Below are positions 7,286-15,219 of a stretch of DNA of 24,102 bases, piece after piece. Origin of the DNA: a virus; the IMG/VR virus record IMGVR_UViG_3300017925_000171; one strand, written 5' to 3'. The position numbers and the translations under genes were made by a program. Every line of letters starts with the position of its first letter. Position 1 is the stretch's first letter. The notes beneath the pieces were generated by a model that did not search any database, was not told the origin of the DNA, and was given only the letters and a program-made list of their open reading frames with translations.

Positions 7286-7461
7286 CCCTCCACGAGGAGG
7301 ACGAGTATCGTGGACACGACGAGCACGGCCGTCGCGACCAGGAGCCCGGCCAACAGGTAGCCCAGACCCCCGTTCGACTCCTTGGGCTCGTTCTTCGGCA
7401 TGTGACCGTAGGGGCCGAGTCGGTGGCGCTCCGAATCCTCCCAGGTGTCGTTCGACTTCAC
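7273..7461 (-). CDS. Small membrane protein with one C-terminal TM helix (62 aa)
   Basis: GLGYLLAGLLVATAVLVVSTILVLLV hydrophobic span. GC3-rich from GTG 7461. Confidence 0.7.
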   Translation of the reverse strand: MKSNDTWEDSERHRLGPYGHMPKNEPKESNGGLGYLLAGLLVATAVLVVSTILVLLVEGWHP

Positions 7462-7517
7462 GGTCCTGCCTTCCCTTGGGAAGGCCCGGGATGAAATAAG
7501 CGAGCGGCCCGGTGTTC

Positions 7518-7790
7518 TCAGCGACCACGGTCCTCTTTCGGGAGTTTTTCGAGCAGAGCCTTGAGTCGGTCGTAGAGGTCGGGCACGTTGTCCCGCTCCT
7601 CGACGTACCATTGGTCGACTGCGGCTTCGAGCAGCTCTCGGGTCTCGCGGCGGTTGGCGTAGACGGGGTCGGCCTCGACGAGTTCGGCGGCCTGGTTGTA
7701 CGCGTGGCACGCCGCAAGGTCGGCAGGGGACCCGGTGGAGCTCTCCGCTACCCGGGACGCCCGCCTCCGCAGCTCCTCGACCAGCGTCAT
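7518..7790 (-). CDS. Hypothetical alpha-helical protein (90 aa)
   Basis: GC3-rich from ATG 7790 (MTLVEELRRR...). Confidence 0.7.
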   Translation of the reverse strand: MTLVEELRRRASRVAESSTGSPADLAACHAYNQAAELVEADPVYANRRETRELLEAAVDQWYVEERDNVPDLYDRLKALLEKLPKEDRGR

Positions 7791-7803
7791 GGTCTCGGTT
7801 CCT

Positions 7804-8142
7804 TCAGGATGTCCCTGAGCCGAGCGGCGACCGTCCCCGGGGAAAGGGCCCAGAAAGGGCCCATAGGGCTTGGTTGACATCGGTGTCGTTGGCCTCGACG
7901 TCGGAGAGGAACCGCTCGACGTCCTTCCGAAGCGGCGCGTCGAGGTGCAGGTACTTGTAGACCTCGTCCATGGACCGCTGGATCACGACCGCTCCTTCGG
8001 TCTCGATCCCGTCTTCCCAATGTTGGAGGACGGTCATCAGGTGGTCATGTGCATAATGCGCATGGGCGTTGACCTCGTCATCGAAGGAATGGGAGGCGGA
8101 GTCGGGGCAAACGAACCCGCAGGAGCAGGGGTCAGCGGTCAC
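7804..8142 (-). CDS. Hypothetical protein with N-terminal Cys/His cluster
   Basis: CSCGFVC...HAHYAHDH. TAGTG overlap with the HerA-like gene. Confidence 0.65.
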   Translation of the reverse strand: MTADPCSCGFVCPDSASHSFDDEVNAHAHYAHDHLMTVLQHWEDGIETEGAVVIQRSMDEVYKYLHLDAPLRKDVERFLSDVEANDTDVNQALWALSGPFPRGRSPLGSGTS

Positions 8143-9707
8143 TACCCCTCCTTCTTGACCAGAATCCGGTCCCGAGCTGCGGCCACGAGAACGTAGCCCT
8201 TGTCGATGTTCCGAAGGAACCCTTGCTCCGCGAACTTCCCGAGGATCCGGTCCATGTTGTTCCAGCCCGCGCCGCCGCTCCAGGTTCCCCAGCCTCGGGC
8301 TCGGAACTCCTTGGTGACCTCGTTGACGGATTTCCGCTCGTCAAAGAAGCCCTGGGCGATGAGCAGGGCGACGCGCCCGTTGTTGTCGTCCCCGGAGGCC
8401 TCGACGCGGACCTCGCGGACGTGGACCGTCATCGATGGGACCTCGTGGGTGACGTGAAGGTCGACGCGCTCGCGGTCCTTGGGCTCCGACCCGTGTCCCG
8501 CCAGCCCCCGCATGATGGTATCTTGTCCGGGGGCGGCCTGGGCCCGGTCGGCGGCGTGTTCCAGCTTGGACCGAGGCGTTTGAAGCGCGATGGTCTCCAC
8601 CAGGTGGTCGTTCTGTGCCTTCAGCTGAGCAATCTCCTGGGACTGTCGCGCAATCGTGTCCTTCAGTCGCTTCCTTTCTTCCTCGTCCACATCCTTCTCC
8701 TTGAGCTTCGGTCGGAACAGTTTCGCCATCTCCTCGGCGGAGTCGATACCCTCGGCGACCCGGACGGCGTGAAGGTCGTCGAGCCAAGTGGGCTGCGCGT
8801 AGACCTTGGTGACCTGCTCCCCGCGAACGCAGAGGAACTGCCCGAGGCCCAGGCTCCGAACGGCGTCGGGTTTGACGGACCGGTCGGGAGCCATCTTCAG
8901 GACGCGCTTGATCTCGAGGTCCAGGACCTGCCGGCCGAAGAGCCAGGTGCCGACCGACCGCATGACGTCCATGTCGAGTCCCGTGAGGCTCTGCGAGTCG
9001 ACCCAGAGGAAGCGCTGCACCCGTGCGCCCTTTCGGATCAGGTTCTCCAGGGAGAGTTTGGCGGGGGTCCTGCGGTCTTCGGGGATGAAGTCTCGGGCCT
9101 CGGGGAGGACCACGATGACGGGAGCGTTGATGTGGCCCTCCATGAGCCAATCGACGGTGGCGGCGATGACGAGCTGCTGGACGGCCGGGGAGAGGCCCTC
9201 GAGGTCCATGACGGAAAGCGTCTGCGCGGTCAGGTTCGGTTGGGGGTCGAAGTGGACGGACTCGAGGGCCTCGCGGATCTCGGAAACGTACTCGTTGAGC
9301 TCGGTGTAGACTTTCTCTTGGAAACTGCCGGAACGGGCCTTGGACAGGGCGGTCCGAATGTTCGCATGGACGCTGGCGAGGTCGTGGGTTCCGCGGGTGA
9401 GGCGGATGAGGTCGCCGCGGTAGAACTTGGCCTTCTCCATCAGGTGGGCGGAGATGAGACCCTCGACGAACCGCCAGTCGGTCCGCTCGCGGAAGTAGGG
9501 GGAGATCCGCTTGGCTCCCGGGAAGGAGAGCTCCCCGCGGCTGGTCCGGAACGCGATGGCGGTCTCTCCGGCACGGGCCATGAACCCCTCGAGGGCGGTC
9601 GTCTTGCCGCTCATCTGGGTCAGGCCGGTGATCCCGAGGTGCTGGGGTTGGAAGGCGACCTCCTTGCCGGACGGGACCTCGAACCCGATGCGGAAGCTAC
9701 CGGTCAT
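8142..9707 (-). CDS. HerA/FtsK-superfamily-like P-loop ATPase with coiled coil and C-terminal wHTH-like domain
   Basis: HLGITGLTQMSGKTT (Walker A variant), VIVVLPEARDFIP (Walker B variant), LIRKGARVQRFLWVDSQ (HerA-type R-K-G...hhhhSQ), FGRQ, and LGLGQF. Confidence 0.75.
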   Translation of the reverse strand: MTGSFRIGFEVPSGKEVAFQPQHLGITGLTQMSGKTTALEGFMARAGETAIAFRTSRGELSFPGAKRISPYFRERTDWRFVEGLISAHLMEKAKFYRGDLIRLTRGTHDLASVHANIRTALSKARSGSFQEKVYTELNEYVSEIREALESVHFDPQPNLTAQTLSVMDLEGLSPAVQQLVIAATVDWLMEGHINAPVIVVLPEARDFIPEDRRTPAKLSLENLIRKGARVQRFLWVDSQSLTGLDMDVMRSVGTWLFGRQVLDLEIKRVLKMAPDRSVKPDAVRSLGLGQFLCVRGEQVTKVYAQPTWLDDLHAVRVAEGIDSAEEMAKLFRPKLKEKDVDEEERKRLKDTIARQSQEIAQLKAQNDHLVETIALQTPRSKLEHAADRAQAAPGQDTIMRGLAGHGSEPKDRERVDLHVTHEVPSMTVHVREVRVEASGDDNNGRVALLIAQGFFDERKSVNEVTKEFRARGWGTWSGGAGWNNMDRILGKFAEQGFLRNIDKGYVLVAAARDRILVKKEG

Positions 9708-10041
9708 CGGGCGGGTTACCTCCGATGCCCAGGATCAAGACATTCGTCGGGGGCGGCACGCGGTCCGAGGCGAAGATCGCCGCGAGCCGGAGCACCACCT
9801 GACGGACCTCGGCGTCCGTGCAGAGCTCTTCGCCGAGCCGCTCCTGGAGGGCGTCCATCGCCTTCTCCAAAAGGTAATCGACGCGCTTCCGGTTGAGGAT
9901 CGTGAACTGGTCGATAGCGGCGCGTACGGCAGTCCCATCGGTCCAGGAGACCCCCGCGGCCTTGAGGGCGGCGATGAGCTCCTCGTCGGTGCGAACGGGA
10001 ACCTCCGGAGGCCGGGAGGCGTTGGGGGCTGGTTCGCTCAC
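9697..10041 (-). CDS. Hypothetical protein (114 aa)
   Basis: GTGA overlap upstream, GC3-rich codons. Confidence 0.7.
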   Translation of the reverse strand: MSEPAPNASRPPEVPVRTDEELIAALKAAGVSWTDGTAVRAAIDQFTILNRKRVDYLLEKAMDALQERLGEELCTDAEVRQVVLRLAAIFASDRVPPPTNVLILGIGGNPPDDR

Positions 10042-10382
10042 CGACGTCTGGCTCCCGAGTGGTTCATCTGGGCGAGGTCACGAGCGGTGAGCGCCCCCGC
10101 TGAGTAGGCGAAGGCGCCCAGTATCATGCTCAGCTCAGCAAGGTCCTCGGTCTTGAGGTCGTCGGGAGTGAGCCGAACGGAGGTCGAGTAGAACCACATC
10201 GAGAGGCGCAGGCGACGCTTTAGCGACCGGGGTAGGTCCGGCATGTCTGCGAAGGCCTCCTCCAACGACGGATACCGTCCTTCGTGGACGTGGTCGTAGA
10301 TGCGGTCGAGCAGCTCGCGTTCGGGCTGGGAAAGGAGGACCTCGACGGGGCCGTAGTCCTTGAGGAGACGGTCGAGCGGCAT
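10038..10382 (-). CDS. Hypothetical protein (114 aa)
   Basis: Real start is ATG 10382 (TGATG overlap); the 5' part of the track ORF is a shadow. Confidence 0.7.
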   Translation of the reverse strand: MPLDRLLKDYGPVEVLLSQPERELLDRIYDHVHEGRYPSLEEAFADMPDLPRSLKRRLRLSMWFYSTSVRLTPDDLKTEDLAELSMILGAFAYSAGALTARDLAQMNHSGARRR

Positions 10383-10672
10383 CAGCCGACCCCCGTTGGG
10401 GTTTCGGTCTCGAACGCCCGGATGGACTTCGCCCGGCGCTCGATCTCCCCCTGGTAGTCGTTCATCAGCACTCGAAGAACGTCTCCGGTGAGACGAACGA
10501 CGACCCGAAGCTGGCCGGGAGCGGCAGGTTGACCCTTGACGGGGATCTCCGGCTGGTGAACCTCGAAGGCGGTGGGGTTCTCGATCTCGAGCCAGGCGTG
10601 CTCCTCTCCGTCGAAGCATTCCGTGTAGAGGTGGAACTTGGCGCCGCAGACGATGGTGCTCTTGGTGCTCAT
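10382..10672 (-). CDS. Hypothetical protein (96 aa)
   Basis: ATGA overlap, GGAG SD, GC3-rich codons. Confidence 0.7.
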   Translation of the reverse strand: MSTKSTIVCGAKFHLYTECFDGEEHAWLEIENPTAFEVHQPEIPVKGQPAAPGQLRVVVRLTGDVLRVLMNDYQGEIERRAKSIRAFETETPTGVG

Positions 10673-12291
10673 GAAGGGTTCTCCTTCTGGTTCAGGTCTC
10701 TGGCGATCGCGTCGAAGGTCGATATGACGACGGGGCTGGGGTCCGCCCGAGCCGCAGCCGACGGGGGCTCTCCATCCCGTCCTTTGATGGGTTCGCGGGC
10801 GGACTTGGAGTCCCGGATCTTGCAGGCTTCGCGGAGCCAGGAGCAGTGGTGTTCCTTGCAGTCGCCGAGGTTTCCCTGGTGGTCAAGGGCTTCCAGGAGC
10901 AGGGTTTGAGCGGAGTCGCGCTCCTGTTCGTGAACGTAGGCGTTTTTCTCCTCGACGCCCAACCTTCCTTGAAGGTCCGCGATTCGCACCCCTCTCCGTT
11001 CGACCTCGGCCCGAGCGGACGTAAGATGCTGGGAGAGTTCTCGATTCACGGATTGCTGATGAGCGAGCTGGGCCCTCGCGGAGTCGCGCTCCTCCTCGAA
11101 CTTCTTCACGTTGTTGTACAGTTTGGAATTGTGGGTTCGGAGGGTTTCGACCTCGGCGCGGAGGGCGGCGACTGTTTCCGTCTCCAATTCCGCCGCACAG
11201 AAGGAGCAGCGCCTCGTGATGTCCCCGTCCCTCCATACGTGAGTCTCGAGACGGTTCTCCCCGCACACGGGGCAAAGCTCGTAGGTCGGGGTGTCCGCCC
11301 TAGTTGAGGCCGACTGGTTGGTCGAGGTTGGTACGCTTGCGCGGTTCGAGACCACTTCTCCGTCAGGGCCTTGCGGCCTACCGCCGTCGGCTGTCTCCCG
11401 GGCGGACTGGGAAAGAGGGGAAGGGGTGTCCGCCCGCATTCCGTCCGGGACTAATGGCACGGTAGCCGTCGGAGTGGGCACGGCGGCTTCCGAACGCCGG
11501 TTTGACCCCGGCTCCCCGGATGCCGTGCGAGCGGACAGGGACTCGAGTAGCGGGGCCACCTCGGCGACACGGCTCAACCACTCCTCCCGTGTCAACAGGT
11601 CTGCCCGGTAGCATAGCCGTTCGAGGGCCTTTCGGAGCGCCGGCGCGTTCATGATTAGTGGGACATTGCTCCTCCTGGGGACCAACGCGATGACCCTGGG
11701 TCCGCCAGCATCCGAAAAGGACCGGATGACGGTGTAGGGGAGCTTGGCGTCATCGAGAGCCCTCGAATACGAGCTTTCCCCGAACGGGTCGCTCGTCCAG
11801 CCGAGGTTGTCCGCCGGCGCTTCCGGTTGTGAGCCGCGCGGGTTAGGGGAAGACCCGTGTTCGGAAATCCCCTCGGAGTCCGTCCGAGGCGAGGTCGGCT
11901 CCTGGCGTCCGTCCGTGGAAGGGAGCGGAACACGGGCGGTCGCGGGGCCGGCGTCGTTTCGGGCGAACTGGTATGGGTTCTCATGGAACTTCGTCATGAA
12001 CGTGATGACGCGGTCGTGCCACCTGCGATCGAGGACGGCATGCCCCCCCTCGGCGGTCTTTTGACCTTGCGTCTTGCTCGAATCGAACCAGAAGTCGCTG
12101 GCGACGTGGAGCAGCACGGCGGCGTCGTGGAGGTCATCCTTCAGCGACGGGATCTGTCGCAGGAGGTCGGCGGTCTCTTGGAACTCGGCCCGAACCTCGT
12201 CCGTGTAGACGGGGTTTCGGGCGCGTTCCTCGGACCTTCGTGCCATCCACTCGATGCGTTCGGTTGGCGTCTCAGGCGCGGGGTCAGTCAT
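10669..12291 (-). CDS. Mosaic phage protein (540 aa) with low-complexity linkers, a CxxC...CxxC Zn ribbon and a coiled coil
   Basis: CPVCGENRLETHVWRDGDITRRCSFC followed by heptad-rich ALRAEVETLR...; two S/P/T-rich linkers. Confidence 0.7.
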   Translation of the reverse strand: MTDPAPETPTERIEWMARRSEERARNPVYTDEVRAEFQETADLLRQIPSLKDDLHDAAVLLHVASDFWFDSSKTQGQKTAEGGHAVLDRRWHDRVITFMTKFHENPYQFARNDAGPATARVPLPSTDGRQEPTSPRTDSEGISEHGSSPNPRGSQPEAPADNLGWTSDPFGESSYSRALDDAKLPYTVIRSFSDAGGPRVIALVPRRSNVPLIMNAPALRKALERLCYRADLLTREEWLSRVAEVAPLLESLSARTASGEPGSNRRSEAAVPTPTATVPLVPDGMRADTPSPLSQSARETADGGRPQGPDGEVVSNRASVPTSTNQSASTRADTPTYELCPVCGENRLETHVWRDGDITRRCSFCAAELETETVAALRAEVETLRTHNSKLYNNVKKFEEERDSARAQLAHQQSVNRELSQHLTSARAEVERRGVRIADLQGRLGVEEKNAYVHEQERDSAQTLLLEALDHQGNLGDCKEHHCSWLREACKIRDSKSAREPIKGRDGEPPSAAARADPSPVVISTFDAIARDLNQKENPS

Positions 12292-12761
12292 GTTGGCCTC
12301 CCCGCCAGCGTGGTGACCGCGAACGGCGCGAGGGCCGCCCCCAGGCGGTTGGTCTTGTCGCTGATCTCCGGGTCGGAAGACCCTTCCTCCCGGTTGTTCA
12401 TCTCGACGACGTCGTGAGCCGCAGAGATGAGCTCGGTCAGGTTGGCCCGTTCGAGCATCAGGCGGACCAGGGTGGGACCCAAGGTTTCACCGCACTCCCC
12501 AACGGGAGCCAGCCAGACGTTGGAGCTCAGGTCCATCTCGTAGAGTCCCCCCTTCCAGCCCTCCATCTTCTGGCCGATGGCGGATTTAGCGTCCCTGAGC
12601 ATCGAACCGACAGTGACGTTGGCGCAGGGCTCGAAGGCGAGGTCCTGGTAGTAGCCCCGGTAGGAGTGGGGGTGGTGGAACCCGATCGGGCAGACCTTGG
12701 TGGGATCCTCCGCCTCGAGCGCGGCGATGAGGCCCTTCAGGGTCGGTTCCCAGGCGCTCAT
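12288..12761 (-). CDS. Conserved phage hypothetical protein (157 aa)
   Basis: HSYRGYYQDLAFEP...EGWKGG...W motif, recalled as recurrent in phage proteins. ATG 12761 with GAGGT SD. Confidence 0.75.
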   Translation of the reverse strand: MSAWEPTLKGLIAALEAEDPTKVCPIGFHHPHSYRGYYQDLAFEPCANVTVGSMLRDAKSAIGQKMEGWKGGLYEMDLSSNVWLAPVGECGETLGPTLVRLMLERANLTELISAAHDVVEMNNREEGSSDPEISDKTNRLGAALAPFAVTTLAGRPT

Positions 12762-12955
12762 GGGAACCTCTGTTTTCGGGCGGCCTCGAGCAGGGCCGCG
12801 GTATCCTTCGCGTGCTGGACCGCGTAGTTGAGGAACGCGTGTTCCTCGTTCTCGGTGGTGGCGGCGGCGGCGCTGTCGATGTCGGCGGTCACCTGGCGGG
12901 AGGATGCACGGGCCCCGGCGAGGCGCTGGGTGGCGGACAGTTCGGGTCCGGTCAC
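12758..12955 (-). CDS. Hypothetical protein (65 aa)
   Basis: NTGA overlaps at both ends. Confidence 0.6.
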   Translation of the reverse strand: MTGPELSATQRLAGARASSRQVTADIDSAAAATTENEEHAFLNYAVQHAKDTAALLEAARKQRFP

Positions 12956-13185
12956 TTGGGCACCTTCCCGAACTGAACGGTCCGCTCCAGCGCCTCGGCT
13001 CGGTTCTTTTGGTTTTCCTGGGCGCAGGTGATCTCGAGCGCGGTGATGGCCCAGAGCGTCTGGATGCCGTTGAGCCGTTCGAGCCTCGGAGCGGAACCGA
13101 CAAGTCTCACCGTCTCGGGGAACATCCGCTTGGCGAACTTCCGGAGGGCCCGAATCTCCTCCGGGGAGTAGTCCCAGTCGTTCAC
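12952..13185 (-). CDS. Hypothetical protein (77 aa)
   Basis: GTG 13185 with GGAGGT SD and GTGA overlap. Confidence 0.65.
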   Translation of the reverse strand: MNDWDYSPEEIRALRKFAKRMFPETVRLVGSAPRLERLNGIQTLWAITALEITCAQENQKNRAEALERTVQFGKVPK

Positions 13186-13478
13186 TTCGATACCTCCGGC
13201 CACAACGGGTCGTGACCCGGGTAGTAGCTCTTCGCGCGTTGGGCGCTGGCGTGGCTCTTGGCGAGCTCTTCGAGCAGGTGGGTCGGGATGTTGATGTGGA
13301 AGTGGCGGTTGGGGTAGTCCTTGGCCGTAGGCTCCTCGAGCGGGCCGTTGATGACCAGGCTGACGCCTTCGAGGTCGTGCTCCACGCGTTCGACCTCGTA
13401 GACCGCCGAGTTGGAGAACTTCCCGTTCGCGTAGTCCCCGAACCGAACGAGATGGCCGCGGTCGATAGGGTCGCTCAC
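13182..13478 (-). CDS. Hypothetical protein (98 aa)
   Basis: GTGA overlap, GGAGG SD, GC3-rich codons. Confidence 0.7.
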   Translation of the reverse strand: MSDPIDRGHLVRFGDYANGKFSNSAVYEVERVEHDLEGVSLVINGPLEEPTAKDYPNRHFHINIPTHLLEELAKSHASAQRAKSYYPGHDPLWPEVSK

Positions 13479-13678
13479 GGCGCCCTCCTGCGGGCGAGGA
13501 AGTCCGCGAAGGCGACCTTCATCAGGCTGAACGCGCGCCCCCGACCATCCGAGTCGGTTTGCTTGAGCTTGTCCGCCTCGACGGCGTAGGACAGGCCGAA
13601 GTCAATGGCGAGCTGGGCGTACTCGGTGCCTGCCCAGGACGGGTCCTCCTTGAGGCTGGTGACCTTGGTGTCCGTCAT
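13475..13678 (-). CDS. Hypothetical protein (67 aa)
   Basis: ATG 13678 (TGATG overlap with the annealing protein gene), GGAGG SD. Confidence 0.65.
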   Translation of the reverse strand: MTDTKVTSLKEDPSWAGTEYAQLAIDFGLSYAVEADKLKQTDSDGRGRAFSLMKVAFADFLARRRAP

Positions 13679-14514
13679 CAGTCCGCCTCCGTCCCACCCA
13701 AGAGGTCCGCGATTGCCCTCTTCGAGGCCCTCGTCCACGCCTTGGTCGAGGCGAAGTGCTCCCGTTGGCCCATGGGAACGGGTTTGCCCGGTCGGTAGTC
13801 CTTGTCCCCGGGCTTGCCCTTCTCGCGGGTCGTCGCGGAGATCTCCGACAGGCGGCACGACCCGATCCCCTCGACCCACCTCTGACCCTTGCCGACGCGG
13901 ATGCGGACCCGGTAGCGGTAGTCGTACGGAGGCTCCCCCGGAGCCGGTTCGTCCACCTCGACGCGGCCCTCTTCGTAGTCGATCTGCTGGATGGAGAGCC
14001 CGAACGGCATGGCGAGACGCATCGCCCCGGTCCGGTTCATCTCCTTGGAACCCTCGATGACGTCGTAGCAGGATTCGTTGTCGAGAATGGCGGCCCGGAA
14101 CTGGTCGAAGGCCTGCCACAGGCGGATCGAGTCCTGGATGTTGATCTCGGGCTCCACGAGGAACAGCGAGGGCGGGTGCGCGGAGTCCGGAACGACGAGC
14201 TCGGCCTCCTGCGCCGCGGGCTTCGGCGCCTCGGCGGGCTTTCCCAGCTTGTCCGCGGTGACGAAGTCAGGCGCCATCTGGGGCTCCTCGGGCGGCGACT
14301 GCGGCGTGGCCTTGGCGGTCCGGCGTTCCTTGAAGCCGTCGAGCCACTCCTTGGCCTGGCGCTTGGTGACGCGCGGGTCGTTGGCGGCGGGCGGGTCGAC
14401 GCCGTACTCGATGAGGAGCCTCCGCTGCGCATCGGAAGCGGGGCTGTTGGGATCGTAGGCGGCGGGCGATGGCGTGTTCGGGTCCTGGGAACTCTTCGGA
14501 TTCGGTTCGGTCAT
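13678..14514 (-). CDS. Putative ssDNA-annealing protein (Rad52/RecT/Erf superfamily-like) with an N-terminal DUF3072-like helical module
   Basis: NRTGAMRLAMPFGLS...YRVRIRV...RWVEGIGSC...EHFASTKAWTRASKRAIADLLG resembles viral annealing proteins. N-terminal PASDAQRRLL...VTKRQAKEWLD. Confidence 0.7.
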   Translation of the reverse strand: MTEPNPKSSQDPNTPSPAAYDPNSPASDAQRRLLIEYGVDPPAANDPRVTKRQAKEWLDGFKERRTAKATPQSPPEEPQMAPDFVTADKLGKPAEAPKPAAQEAELVVPDSAHPPSLFLVEPEINIQDSIRLWQAFDQFRAAILDNESCYDVIEGSKEMNRTGAMRLAMPFGLSIQQIDYEEGRVEVDEPAPGEPPYDYRYRVRIRVGKGQRWVEGIGSCRLSEISATTREKGKPGDKDYRPGKPVPMGQREHFASTKAWTRASKRAIADLLGGTEAD

Positions 14515-14545
14515 TGGTGCTCTCCCACCTTGACTCGTGATTTCG

Positions 14546-14704
14546 CTAGGCGCTGGATGGTCTCCGTTCGGGACGGGTGTAGTCGAAGCGATTGTGGCAC
14601 TGGGGGCACATTGCCGGGTCGTCGGCCCTGGTCAACCAGACGTATCCGTCGAACGGGCACCTCAGCTTCGTCCCCGCACTAAATCGCGTTCCGGGCTCTG
14701 GCAT
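14546..14704 (-). CDS. Small Zn-ribbon protein of archaeal-virus type (52 aa), probable regulator, probably leaderless
   Basis: LRCPFDGYVWLTRADDPAMCPQCHNRFD matches C-x2-[C/D]-x3-W-x6-P-x2-CPxC. Start reassigned to ATG 14704. Confidence 0.7.
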   Translation of the reverse strand: MPEPGTRFSAGTKLRCPFDGYVWLTRADDPAMCPQCHNRFDYTRPERRPSSA

Positions 14705-14740
14705 GATGGTTTCCCTAAGATGATAGGTAATATTTGAAGG
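14705..14740 (-). promoter_or_regulatory. AT-rich promoter region, candidate TATA for the 14704->left transcription unit
   Basis: Minus strand TTCAAATATT at 14738-14729, about 25 nt upstream of ATG 14704, as expected for leaderless archaeal mRNA. One of very few AT-rich intergenic gaps. Confidence 0.55.
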
Positions 14741-14755
14741 CACCGAGTGGGGGGA

Positions 14756-14908
14756 CTACCAGAATCCCATGCCCTCCATCTCGAGACGATAGCGCGGGGG
14801 GAAGGTGACCTTCCCGTCCCTGTGGTCGCCGGAGTGCCCCTTGGGCTCGTCGCGGCAGACTCGGAGCTCGCCGTTGACCTCGGCGGTGACCTTACAGCGA
14901 CCGCTCAT
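14756..14908 (-). CDS. Small Cys/His protein (50 aa), missing from the ORF track
   Basis: MSGRCKVTAEVNGELRVCRDEPKGHSGDHRDGKVTFPPRYRLEMEGMGFW*. ATGA overlap, GC3-rich codons, C...C-x5-GH-x-G-x-H motif. Confidence 0.65.
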   Translation of the reverse strand: MSGRCKVTAEVNGELRVCRDEPKGHSGDHRDGKVTFPPRYRLEMEGMGFW

Positions 14909-15219
14909 GGTTTGGGCCCCAACGTCCGGTCGACGGTCTTCTTCACAGCCTCACCGGCCTCGAGCAGGGCCTTCTGGAACTGGTCGAACCCGATGCGGGC
15001 GAGGTCCAGGCCCAGGGTGATCGCCTCACCACCGAGCTGGTCGGCGGTGTCGAGAAGGCTCCTGTCCCCGGAGCCGTCCGTTGGGCGGGTAGCGGACCCA
15101 GCAGGCGCAACGGTGACCTGCGTGCCGTCCGAGTAGACGACCGTGACGGACATCACGGTTCGGGCGGGTTTTGGCGCGTTCGGCGGTGGCGGCGCTGGCG
15201 ATGTTTTGCTGTCTCCCAT
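14905..15219 (-). CDS. Hypothetical protein (104 aa), Pro-rich N-terminus and amphipathic C-terminal helix
   Basis: TGAATG junction upstream, ATGA overlap downstream. Confidence 0.65.
   Translation of the reverse strand: MGDSKTSPAPPPPNAPKPARTVMSVTVVYSDGTQVTVAPAGSATRPTDGSGDRSLLDTADQLGGEAITLGLDLARIGFDQFQKALLEAGEAVKKTVDRTLGPKP

Noticed and set aside
7840-7870. Short direct repeat GAAAGGGCCCA x2
   Set aside because: Only two 11-nt copies, inside a coding region, with no spacer structure. Not CRISPR-like and no function is supportable.
8223-9896. 557-aa plus-strand ORF, and similar long antisense ORFs (1110..1901, 2667..3611, 3767..4798, 13756..14682, 17693..18328, 22450..23133)
   Set aside because: They mirror GC3-rich minus-strand genes codon-for-codon or are low-complexity R/G/P text with no motifs. 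These are the expected shadow ORFs at high GC.
9697-12761. TDEELIAAL (9697 gene) and TLKGLIAAL (12288 gene) as further copies of the terminal tag
   Set aside because: The spacing differs by one residue and they lie outside the block. They show that similar amphipathic helices can arise generically, so they were not counted.
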